Source: Corynebacterium amycolatum (GTDB lineage: Bacteria > Actinomycetota > Actinomycetes > Mycobacteriales > Mycobacteriaceae). From it: a stretch of DNA of 32,000 bases. A model generated the notes under the pieces. That model ran no database searches. It saw only the letters and a list, made by a program, of their open reading frames with translations, and had not been told where the DNA came from. The stretch is from assembly GCF_049243625.1 (NCBI RefSeq), contig NZ_CP046975.1. One strand, given 5' to 3'. A program made the position numbers and the translations under genes. Positions 1-11,000 of this stretch are shown here, piece by piece (position 1 is the first letter of the stretch; each line of letters starts with the position of its first letter).

Positions 1-498
1 ACAGCGGTGGCAATCAGCGTCGCCAGCCTAGGAACAGCAGCGCCCGCCCAGGCCCAAGTGGACGAGAGTCTTGGGTCTATCGCGATTCCCTATGTCCTAT
101 CTGATACCCCACTTGACGAGGGCACCACCGCCGTTCGGGCTGTCAAGGAATATGGCCCCTGCACCCTATGGCTGGACTACATCCACCTACGGAAGTCAGG
201 TAACTGGGGAACCATTGGCTTCAAGCCACACACAAAGTGCAGCGTCCCAGTCACGAGTATCAAACACAGCTCCGACTTGAGGTACAAATACTACACCGCG
301 TGGAGGCTTGCCCTAAGCGGGGTGCGCGATTCTGCCTACAACACGAATCGTCTAGACCAGAACAACATTGCATTTACATGTAACGGGAAAGTAGATACCC
401 GCTTCATCGGTGTCACGTTGGGAACTATCGTCTATCGGGGGAAGACCTACTACGCCCGAAGCTACTCCGAGGTCGCCAATCTCCCATGCAGGGTGTAG
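1..498 (+). CDS. Small secreted Cys-containing protein, unknown family (5' end cut by window edge)
   Basis: The frame is open from base 1. The first residues TAVAISVASLGTAAPAQA-QV read as the hydrophobic core and AxA cleavage site of a Sec signal peptide, so the start codon lies just upstream of the window. The mature part is about 145 residues with 4 Cys. Stop TAG 496-498 lies 4 nt before the next start. No family recognised by eye. Confidence 0.6.
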   Translation, partial: TAVAISVASLGTAAPAQAQVDESLGSIAIPYVLSDTPLDEGTTAVRAVKEYGPCTLWLDYIHLRKSGNWGTIGFKPHTKCSVPVTSIKHSSDLRYKYYTAWRLALSGVRDSAYNTNRLDQNNIAFTCNGKVDTRFIGVTLGTIVYRGKTYYARSYSEVANLPCRV

Positions 499-502
499 AA
501 CC

Positions 503-922
503 ATGACTATGAAAGTTGTTGTCTGCGTCGTTTATCCCCGCTATCCGGATAACACGGAACCTCTCGGCGGGTTCGTCGAGTCCGAGGAGACCGCCCGCAA
601 GATAGACGACTGGTGGCGCGCGCAACCTGGCGACATGATTGGCACCTGGGAAGATTTCGAGGTCGAGGTCAATAGCCGCGACCAGATTCTCTACGGGGTA
701 TTTAGTGGTACGCCCGCCCACAAAATTGACGAGCCAGACTATTACGACCCCATCTGTCACGGGGTGTACACAGACCGTAAGGTAGCTGAGCGCGAGGCAA
801 AACCTAAGACGATGTGGGCGGCCAACAACTGCCCTCCGAAGTTTGTGCTTCCGTTCCGCCTGGGCTGGAAGTTTGACCGGTATTTCCCCGATGGAAAGCC
901 CTGGCCACCAGACCAGCTGTAG
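503..922 (+). CDS. Hypothetical cytoplasmic protein, tandem paralog A (139 aa)
   Basis: ATG 503 (alternative ATG 509) follows the upstream stop by 4 nt. The ORF-track start at 410 overlaps the upstream gene and is unlikely. By gapless hand alignment, 108 of 139 residues are identical to the next gene. In codons 4-31, 8 of 9 nucleotide differences between the copies are synonymous, which supports real coding in this frame. No signal peptide or TM segment. Confidence 0.7.
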   Translation: MTMKVVVCVVYPRYPDNTEPLGGFVESEETARKIDDWWRAQPGDMIGTWEDFEVEVNSRDQILYGVFSGTPAHKIDEPDYYDPICHGVYTDRKVAEREAKPKTMWAANNCPPKFVLPFRLGWKFDRYFPDGKPWPPDQL

Positions 923-945
923 GCCTCCCGCAGAACGCAAGAATA

Positions 946-1365
946 TTGCCTATGAAAATTGTTGTCTGCGTCGTTTATCCCCGCTACCCGGATAACACTG
1001 AACCTCTCGGCGGCTTTGTCGAATCCGAAGAAACTGCCCTCGCGATTGACAACTGGTGGCGCGCGCAACCCGGCGGAATGATGGGCACCTGGGAAGATTT
1101 CGAAGTCGAGGTCGAAAGCCGCGACCAACTCCTTTACGGAGTGTTCACCGGCACCCCCACTCTTGAAATCACCGATAGCAACTTCTGGGACCCCATCTGT
1201 TACGGGGTGTACACCGACCGGGAAGAAGCCGAGAAAGCGACTAAGCCAAAATCAATGTGGGAAGCGAACAACAGTCCCCAGAAATACGTCCTCCCCTTTC
1301 GCCTGGGCTGGAAATATGACCGGTATTTCCCCGATGGAAAGCCCTGGCCGCCAGACCAGTTGTAG
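946..1365 (+). CDS. Hypothetical cytoplasmic protein, tandem paralog B (139 aa)
   Basis: Same length and frame structure as paralog A. TTG 946 is the ORF-track start; ATG 952 aligns with ATG 509 of copy A and may be the true start. The N-terminal MK(V/I)VVCVVYPRYPDNTEPLGGFVESEET and C-terminal LPFRLGWK(F/Y)DRYFPDGKPWPPDQL are shared with copy A. Confidence 0.7.
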   Translation: MPMKIVVCVVYPRYPDNTEPLGGFVESEETALAIDNWWRAQPGGMMGTWEDFEVEVESRDQLLYGVFTGTPTLEITDSNFWDPICYGVYTDREEAEKATKPKSMWEANNSPQKYVLPFRLGWKYDRYFPDGKPWPPDQL

Positions 1366-1377
1366 GCCTGCGACAGT

Positions 1378-1395
1378 CCCGCCTCTTTTGGCGGG
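1378..1395 (+). terminator. Weak hairpin downstream of the paralog pair
   Basis: CCCGCC-tctttt-GGCGGG begins 13 nt after the stop. No T-tract follows, so intrinsic termination is uncertain. Confidence 0.3.
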
Positions 1396-1547
1396 AACAC
1401 AAAACGGGGCAGCCGCACAGCGCGTGTGAGTACCATTCTGGGAAACCTCTGTTCGCTCATTCCACTGCGTAGGGCGATCGAACCTGTCGATACAATGACG
1501 CTGCTCGAATCGTAACTTGAATCGTAAGGTGGAAGCAGGGAGGCAAC

Positions 1548-1745
1548 TTGAGCATCTCGATGCATCTGGATGAGTACATGGCGCGTCGTGGCATAGTTCC
1601 CGACGACACTGTGGTCAACGATGATCCCTGCGCAATCTTCGACGGCAAAGTCGAGCGCGACGGTAGGTCGCAGCAGGACCTTGAAGAGTCAGAGCGGCGC
1701 TTAGAAGAAGCGGAGTCCGCAATCTTGGATGCGCTAGGCGATTAA
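1548..1745 (+). CDS. Small acidic hypothetical protein (65 aa from TTG 1548; alternative ATG 1560)
   Basis: Isolated ORF preceded by the purine-rich GGAAGCAGGGAGG (1531-1543) and a TACAAT -10-like hexamer at 1491-1496. The C-terminal half is strongly acidic (EESERRLEEAESAILDALGD). No family recognised, and coding status is uncertain. Confidence 0.35.
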   Translation: MSISMHLDEYMARRGIVPDDTVVNDDPCAIFDGKVERDGRSQQDLEESERRLEEAESAILDALGD

Positions 1746-2096
1746 TTGGCGAAAACTGAGCGTTCTAGTCGCACATTGACGCTCATTCTGAGTGTGATGT
1801 TCATCACCGATTAGGTGTAAATCGACGCAGTCATCGTGGCTTCATTTTCCGTAGCCGATGCTGCCGCGGGGATGAAGCGCAAGTAGTTTCCCAGCGGGGA
1901 AACACTGTTTCCTACCTGCGGAATTCTTTTGCTTTTGGGGTGCTGGACCCGTTGACCTCGTTGCTATTCCGGACTCCCTACTTTAGGGGGCCAAACTATT
2001 TTCCCTCTGACATGACCACAGAACCGCATCAGAAAAACATGATGGATTCCTCATGATTTATGGCATAGTGTCCTGGCAAGGATTTGGAAACAAAAG

Positions 2097-5000
2097 ATGT
2101 TTTCATTTCGTACCCCACAAGACAAGGACCTCAGCCACGTGAAATACGAAAAACTCGCCACTTTGCAGACCAATGTCGTAAATGCTCCAGATCTGGGTAC
2201 TTTTGCAGTCACTTTCGCCGGTCAATCGCAACCATGGCTGGACACTCTCTCCAGCGTCATGGCCAGTGGCAACTCAAAGAAACTACGGGAAGTTTTCACT
2301 CGCGCTGAGGAACTGCTCGCACCGCTTGACGACGATCTCATCGGCCAGCTTCCCGCAGGTTTCGACCCCTTTGGTTGGGCAATCTCACTCGTGACAGACG
2401 ACCCATTTACCGGAGATACAACCAACCCTGCAGTCAGCGTGCCGGGCATCGTATTAGCACAGTTGGGCATTGTTGAGTTGCTGGCAAAGCAGGGAATTAA
2501 TATCGATGACGCGATAGCGGTAACCGGTCATTCGCAAGGTGTTCTTACCGCTGAGATTGTCGCTCATCCAGAGAAGGCAGCAGAACTGCTTGCACTAGCT
2601 CGCCTCATCGGTGTGGCGTGTGCGCGCGGAAGCCGAGTAGCCGGATTTGGGCGCGCGCCGATGATGAGTATCTCTGGCCTAACGGTCGAGGAGTTGGAAC
2701 CTTTCCTCTCCCAGGACTGTGTCATCGGTCTGAAGAATACGCAGACCACCAGCGTAGTTATCGGCAAGCAAGATGAACTAGAACAGCTGGCAGAGCAGCT
2801 CACAGCGCAGCAGCAGAAGGGGCGGGCTGTCGAATGTACAGTTTTGCCAGTTAGCGGCGCATTCCATCACCCAGCACTGGCGCCTGCTGCGGCATGGGTA
2901 GTGGAGCGAGCTGAGCGCATTGGGCTGGATGCAGAAACAGCTGACTGGCTTGCGCGTGCAATCTTGGTTGACTCCAGCGATTGGAGCGCTGAGGTGCGGG
3001 GGCTCATCGACCAAGGGGCAACCACCATTTTGGATCTGGGGCCACACACGGGCGTCGTCAAGCTGACAGAACGTAACGCTGAAGGGTACGGCGTGGCGGT
3101 GATTGCTGCGGCAACAGCTGCGGGGAGGAGCATCCTGTCTGAGAGCGACATTGAGTATCCGACATCGTGGCTGGAGTTTGCACCGCGGCTGGTCACTGGG
3201 GTTAAGCCCCGTGTCGAGACGAAGTTCACCAAGTTGACCGGGCGCTCGCCAATTCTGCTCGGCGGTATGACCCCGACAACTGTTGACCCTGAAATTGTGG
3301 CGGCTGCAGCGAATGCCGGGTTCTGGGCAGAGCTGGCCGGTGGCGGCCAGGTCACGCCGGAAATCTTCGAGGCTAATGTGGCGCGACTCTCCGAACTGCT
3401 CGAGGAGGGCCGCAGTGCACAGTTCAACACCATGTTTTTGGATCCGTACCTGTGGGGTTTGCACATTGGAAGCCGGCGTTTGCTCCCGCGTGCGGTGGCA
3501 GCCGGTCGACCGATTGATGGTGTCACCATCTCTGCGGGCATCCCCGAGGTGGACGAGGCAGTAGAGCTAGTAAAGCAGCTGCGCGAGGGCGGAATTCCGT
3601 ATATTTCCTTCAAGCCGGGCACAATCGCACAAATCGAGTCGGTGCTCGAAATCGCGGATACCTTGGCGCAGCATGGCACGCCGTATCCAATCATCATGCA
3701 AGTTGAAGGTGGGCGTGCTGGTGGCCATCACTCCTGGGAAGACCTCGATGACCTGCTAATTAACACCTACGCAAAGATCCGCAGGCGAGATGTAGTGCTT
3801 GCTGTTGGCGGTGGCATCGGCAAGCCAGAACAGTCCCGTGATTATCTGATGGGCACGTGGTCGACACGTTACGGGTTGGCGCCGATGCCGGTAGATGCTG
3901 TCATCATCGGCACAGCTGCGATGGCGGCAAAGGAGTCGACCGCCTCTGAGTCCGTGAAACAAATGCTGGTCGACACCGTCGGCACTGACAACTGGATTCC
4001 CGCCGGTAGCGCCATGGATGGCATGGCGTCGGGGCGTAGCCAGTTGGGTGCTGATATCCACGAAATTGAAAACGCCGCAGCACGCGCAGGCAGATTGCTT
4101 GACGAAGTCGCAGGTGACCTCACTAAGGTCACCGAACGACGCGCGGAGATCATCGAGGCAATTAACTCCACCGCGAAGCCGTACTTCGGAGATGTCAGCA
4201 CCATGACGTATGCCGAGGTGCTGAACCGCTATCTCGAATTGTGCGCGCCCGAGGGGACGTTCCTCGATCCAACGTGGTCGACGCGCTTCGTCGCACTCGT
4301 CGACCGCGTAGAGGCACGACTAAGTGCAGTCGACGCGGGCACGTTTGCCGCGCTTGCCGACGGCGACAGCTTGCGCACCCAGCCGCGCAGCGAAATCTCG
4401 CGACTGTCCGGCCTGCTAGACCTGGATACCCAGCTCCATCCAGCAGATGTCACCTTCTTTATCTCTGAGCTCTGCCGCACCCCGGGCAAGCCTGTGCCGT
4501 TCGTTCCGGTTATCGATGCTGAGGTTCGTCGCTGGTGGCGATCGGACTCCCTATGGCAGGCGCATGACTCTCGCTACGATGCGGATCAAGTCTGCATCAT
4601 CCCTGGGCCGCAGGCTGTTTCGGGCATTACCCGCGCGAATGAGCCAGTAGCGGAGATTCTGGGTCGGTTTGAAAAAGCTACCGCACAGGCATTGATGGAT
4701 ACCGGCTACCTGCCGGAGGTACCTGTTGACGCCCTCAGCCGGATGCTCGCAGCACCTGTGATTTGGTGGGCTGGCCGACAGCAGCCGAATCCGGCGCTGG
4801 CACTTGGCGCGGAACATGAGTGGGTATGTGTATCTGATGCAAGTGATGTCTCTCGTTCGCAACGCCTAGAACACCCAGGTACTGGTGCCATTTTGGAGAT
4901 CATTGGAGCTGATGGGAGCAATGATGAGGGCGGGGAGGACCTCGTATGGGCACAGCTGACGGTTCCGCTACCCGATGCTGCGGGTGAGAATACGAAACTG

Positions 5001-8000
5001 CGAATTCGCCTGTGTCAGAGTGCAGCGGTGGGCGCAGTGCCCGTCGTTAAGCATGAGGATGCGGCGGCCGCGATGCGGGAGCTGACGCGAATCGCAGCTG
5101 GCGGTGAGCTTGCAAACGTCGTCGATGGGGTCGCGGAGTGGGAATCCGTGTGGGATCCGATGGCGATGGCTGACTACGATGCGGTCACTATTGCAGCTGC
5201 CGGCGATGAGTCACAGGCGGCGGTGCCGGACGCGTTGGTTGGGCATGCTTGGCCAGCGATTTTTGCGGCAGTCGCGCAGGCGCGTACTGAGACCGGCATT
5301 GATGTTGTTGAGGGCATGCTCGCGCTTGTTCACCTTGAGCATCACATTCGTATGATTGGAGCTCTACCGCAGAAAACCACAACGTTGCGGATTAGTGCGC
5401 GTGTCGACGAGATCGTTGATACGGACTTAGGGCGACTAGTTGTGGTGCGCGCGGAGGTTCGTGATGGCGATACGCTGCTCGCCACCTTGAGTGAATGCTT
5501 TGCCATTCGTGGCCGAAACGGCGGCGAGACAGCACGGACCAACACTGTGCCATTTCCAACGGTCACGGATACGCCACGGAGTTTCCGCGGTGCGTTGACC
5601 GTGGAAGCGCCTAAGGCGATGGAGCCATTTAGCTGTGTCACGGGCGATCGCAATCCTATCCACGTCGATTCCCGTGCAGCAGCGCTAGCTGGTCTACCAG
5701 GGGTTATTGTCCATGGAATGTGGCTGTCGGCGATGGCTGAGCATGCGGCTGTCGCCACGTCGGATGCCGGCATTGGCAACCGGGTGATTGAGTTCACTGC
5801 GACTATGCTGAGTCCGGTTCTGCCTGGACAGGAAGTGAAATTCTCTGTCGAACGCCGTGGTTTTGATGACCGCCCAGGCGCCGGTGAAGTCCGCGAAGTC
5901 ACGGCCACAGTAGATGGCGAGCTGGTATTGACCGCCACTGCTGTAATCGCCGCACCGAAGACCGCATATGTCTTCCCTGGTCAGGGGATTCAATCACAGG
6001 GGATGGGGCTGTCTGCTCGGACTCGCAGCGTAGCGGCCCGCCGCGTGTGGGACCAGGCTGATGCGATGACCCGAGAGAAGCTTGGCTTTTCCGTACTGGC
6101 TATTGTCCGGGACAACCCGGTAGAGGTGGTCGTGGATGGTGTGCGCTACTTCCACCCAGAGGGTGTTCTGAATCTGACCCAGTTCACCCAGGTTGCGATG
6201 GCGACGTTGGGGCTGGCACAGGTTGCGGAGCTCCGTGAAGCAGGGCTGCTGGATGAAACAGCTCACTTTGCGGGACACTCTGTCGGTGAGTACAACGCGC
6301 TGGCGGCTCTCGCTGGGGCGCTTGACGCAGACGCCGTGTTAGAGGTTGTCTACCGCCGCGGTTTGACCATGCATGAACTGGTCGAACGTGATGAGCAGGG
6401 GAGGTCCAACTATGGTTTGTGCGCCCTGCGTCCGGACAAGATTGGCGTAGGCGAGGACGAGGTCACCGAGTTTGTTAATCGGTTGTCGCAGGAAATCGGT
6501 GAGTTCCTCGAAGTCGTAAATCTCAACCTGGCAGGCAAGCAGTACGCCGTCGCCGGCACCGTCGCGGGGCTTGCAGCACTGGCTGAACAGTGCGAGCGCC
6601 GCAGCTCGGACGGCAAGGGATACGTGCGTATCCCAGGTATTGACGTGCCATTCCACTCCAGTGTCCTACGCGACGGTGTGGATTCCTTCCGTAAACACCT
6701 GGAGCGGCTGCTGCCAGCGGAAATCGCTCCAGAACTCCTGGTGGGACGCTATATCCCGAATCTCACTGCGACCTCTTTTGAGCTGACTGAGAAGTTCGTC
6801 CGCCAGATGGCTGCAGTTGTCGACTCAGACATTCTGGAAAACATCCTTGCCGATTTCGACTCTGCCGCTGAAAACCCGGCGCGCCTGGCCCGCATGTTGC
6901 TGGTCGAGTTGCTGGCCTGGCAATTCTGCTCACCGGTGAGGTGGATTGAAACGCAGGATCTGTTGCTTGAGGATCTCGGTGTCAGCCGCATTGTTGAAGT
7001 CGGTGTAGGCACAGCGCCCACACTGGCAAACCTGGCCGCTCGTACCTGCCAGTTGCCCCGCCACCGAAGCCGCGACATTCGAGTACTCAATCTCGAACGT
7101 GATGCTGATGCAGTGTTTATGCGCGACCAAATTCAGCCGGAAAAGACTGAGCCCGAGTCGGAGGTGACAACGGAGCAGGACTCGGCGCAGGCTCTATCTG
7201 GAGAATCAGGAGCAGCGGGAGAAACAGGAGAAGCGGGAGCAGCGGCGCCGACGGTATCCCCCGACCAATCCGCGGCGACCGAACAGTCCACTACGATCAC
7301 GAGTGCTGCCACTCCGGCTACCGAAGTTGCTGATATTGCCGTCAGCCCGGCACAAGCGCTGGAAGTTCTTATTTGCCAATGGACGAAGGTACGCCCCGAC
7401 CAGCTCGGTGCCGCTGACTCCATCGAGACTCTGGTCGATGGAGTCTCATCTCGACGCAATCAACTGCTGCTCGATCTCGGAGTGGAATTCGACCTCGGTT
7501 CAATCGAGGGGGCAGCAGATGCGGAACTGGCGGATCTAAAGGACAAAATTGATAGCTTGGCCAGTGCGTATTCGGCATTCGGTCCGATTCTCTCCGAAGC
7601 CATTGCCGACGGTATTCGCCGGATTACCGGTCCTGCCGGTGCAGGCGCGAATTACCTCGATGATTATGTGCTGGGTGAATGGCAGCTTGGCAAGGGGTGG
7701 GCAACCGCAGTCAGTGCTGAGGTGATGCTCGGTACTCGTGAGGGCGCATCCCTGCGCGGCGGCGATCTTGCGCATCTGGCTCCGGCCGCCCCAACCAATA
7801 CTGCTGAACTCAACCAGCTGATCGATGAAGCGATCCTTGCGGTCGCCACGCAGCGAGGTGTAGCTGTCGCTAAGCCGTCGGCAAGTGACAGTGGTGCTGG
7901 GGTGGTCGACTCGGCTGCACTCACTGAGTTTGCAGATAAACTGACAGGTCAGCGAGGCATTCTTGCTACCGCGGCACGCACGATTCTGGAGCAACTCGGC

Positions 8001-11000
8001 CACGAGATTACCGATGACATTGACTTCGATGCCGAAGACGCCGACAGCAACCTGGTAAATCTTGTCACCGCTGAACTCGGCGCGGACTGGCCGAAGCTGG
8101 TCACCCCGACGTTTACGCCCACCAAGGCAGTGCTTCTCGACGACCGCTGGGCCACCTCCCGCGATGACCTTGCGCGCCTATGGGTAGCCGCTGATGGGCA
8201 TGTGGCTGGCACCGCGCCGGGCAGTATCCATGAAACCGCAGTTGAGCAGGCACAGTGGTGGGCTGCCAAGGCAGACGAGGCAGGGCGGACACAGTTGGCG
8301 AGTATCTACCGCCAGTTGGCGGACGAGGTCATCACGAATGTGGACGAACTGCCGATGAGCTCCGACATTGCAGTTGTTACCGGCGCATCGCCAAATTCGA
8401 TTGGTTCCGCCGTAACTGCACAGCTGCTGTCTCAGGGTGCAACCGTTGTTGTTACCACTTCACGCCTTGGACGCGAACGCCTGAGCTTCTACAAGCAGCT
8501 CTATCGCGTGAATGCGCAGGGCGAGGCGAAGCTGTGGGTGGTACCGGCGAACTTGTCCAGCTTCCAGGACTTGGATTCCCTTATCGACTGGATTGGAACC
8601 GAACAGACTACAACGATTGGTGCGGAAGTGGTTGTGACCAAGCCCGCGCTGTCACCGACGCTGCTATTCCCGTTCGCGGCGCCTACGGTTTCGGGCTCGC
8701 TTGCCGACGCCGGTCCTGCGTCCGAGACCCAAATGCGTCTGCTTCTGTGGTCGGTGGAGCGACTCATCGCAGGGATGTCAGCACTTGGCGTGGACAATAA
8801 TCTGCAGCATCGTTTGCATGTGGTGTTGCCTGGTTCACCGAACCGTGGTCGCTTCGGCGGCGATGGTGCCTATGGTGAAGCCAAGGCCGCCCTCGACGCA
8901 GTGGTGGCGCGCTGGAATGTGGAGGACGCTTGGCGCACCCGCACCACTCTGGCTCATGCACAGATTGGTTGGGTCCGAGGAACCAATCTGATGGGTGGAA
9001 ACGATCCGCTGGTTGCTGCAGTGGAAGCAAAGGGAGTTCGCACCTTCTCCACCGAAGAAATGGCAGCTGAACTGATTGAGCTCGCGAGCTCGGAGACTCG
9101 GAAGAATGCTCAAACCCGCCCGATTCAGGCCGATCTCACCGGTGGATTGGGTGACGTTGACCTCAACATTGCGCAATTGGCGCAGGAGGCTGCACAGGCG
9201 GCTGGCCTATCAGCTCAAAACTCCGAGGTCGCTAGCGGGGCGCGCTCGCAGGAGCCGTCGTCAAGCCGTGTCTTAAGCAGCCTGCCAAGCCCGCGTCGAC
9301 CGATTTCGCAGACAACACCAACCTTTGGTGACATCGCAGCGGCTCCGGAGGACATGGTGGTCATCGTGGGCGCCGGCGAGCTTGGACCGTACGGTTCTTC
9401 CCGGACGCGCTTTGAGGCCGAAGTCGATGATATTTCTGCAGCGGGAATTGTGGAATTGGCCTGGTCAATGGGGCTGATTTCCTATGAGGGCGGCTGGCGC
9501 GATGCCGATGGGCAACCGTTGGCAGAAAGCGACATTGCTTCGCGCTACCGCGATGAAGTGTTGGCGCGAGTTGGTGTGCGTCGTTACGCCGATGATGGCG
9601 ATTTGGTTGATAATACGATGACTGAGCTGACCACGGTCTACCTGGATCGAGCGTTGAGCTTTGCGGTGCGCGATCGCGCGGCAGCGGAGACTTTTGTCAG
9701 TTCCAACCCGGACAACACCACTGCGAGCTTCGATGCCGAGACAGGGCAGTGGCTTGTGACACGAGCCGCTGGCACGCCGGTTCAGGTTCCGCGCCGAATG
9801 GCGATGAGCCGCTATGTTGGCGGTCAAATTCCGCAGGGCTTTGACCCGGCACGCTACGGTATTCCGGCGGACATGATGGACAATCTGGACCGCGTGAGCT
9901 TGTGGAACATCGTTTGTACTGTTGATGCGTTCCTGTCATCGGGCTTCAGCCCAGCGCAACTGCTGGAAGCGGTCAACCCGGCGCGAGTGTCGTCGACGCA
10001 GGGCACAGGTATTGGTGCGATGGAGTCGCTGCGCAGTCTCTACATCGACGGCCTGCTGGGGCAACCGCGAGCCAATGACGTCCTGCAGGAGGCATTGCCA
10101 AATGTTATTGCCGCCCACGTTATGCAGTCTTATGTCGGTGGCTACGGGCAGATGATTCACCCTGTCGCAGCCTGTGCGACGGCAGCGGTGTCGGTGGAGG
10201 AGGGCGTCGACAAGATAGCCCTGGGTAAGGCAGATTTCGTTGTCGCGGGTGGCTTCGATGACCTATCCGCAGAGGGGATCACAGGTTTCGGCGACATGGC
10301 CGCCACAGCTGACTCCGCCACCATGGAAGATAAGGGTATCGACCATGCGTACTTCTCCAGGCCTAACGATCGTCGACGCGGAGGCTTCGTGGAATCGCAA
10401 GGTGGCGGAACGGTGCTGTTGGCTCGCGGAGACATCGCTCGTGACATGGGACTCCCCGTGCTCGGTGTCGTCGCATACGCCCAGTCCTTCGCCGACGGCG
10501 CGCACACATCCATCCCGGCGCCGGGTTTGGGTGCACTAGCGGCAGCTCAGGGCGGCGAGAAGTCTCGGTTGGCTCGCGCACTTGCAGCACTCGATGTCAC
10601 TGGGGATCAGGTCGCGGTGTTGTCCAAGCACGATACCTCGACCAATGCCAATGACCCCAATGAGTCTGAACTGCATGAACGCATTGCAGATGAACTCGGT
10701 CGCGAGCGCTCGAACCCGCTGCTGGTGGTCTCTCAGAAATCCCTGACCGGACACGCCAAGGGTGGGGCTGCAGCGTTCCAGATCATTGGTCTGACTCAAG
10801 TATTGCGTAGCGGCATTGTGCCAGGTAATCGATCGCTGGACTGCGTCGATCCCGCATTGGCTGAGCATTCTCGTTTGGTATGGCCAACGAAGGCAGTCAA
10901 TTTCGGCAATACGTTGCCGCTGAAGGCTGGCTTTGTTACCTCGCTCGGGTTCGGACATGTCTCGGCACTGGTGGCAGTCGTCCATCCGGAAGCTTTCTAT

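Noticed and set aside
410-502. Longer version of paralog A starting at ATG 410
   Set aside because: It overlaps the 3' end of the exported-protein gene in another frame. The extra 31 residues have no counterpart in paralog B. The antisense ORFs 425-940, 757-1128 and 1200-1565 (-) are mirror images of the duplicated genes and lack the synonymous-substitution pattern seen in the plus frame.
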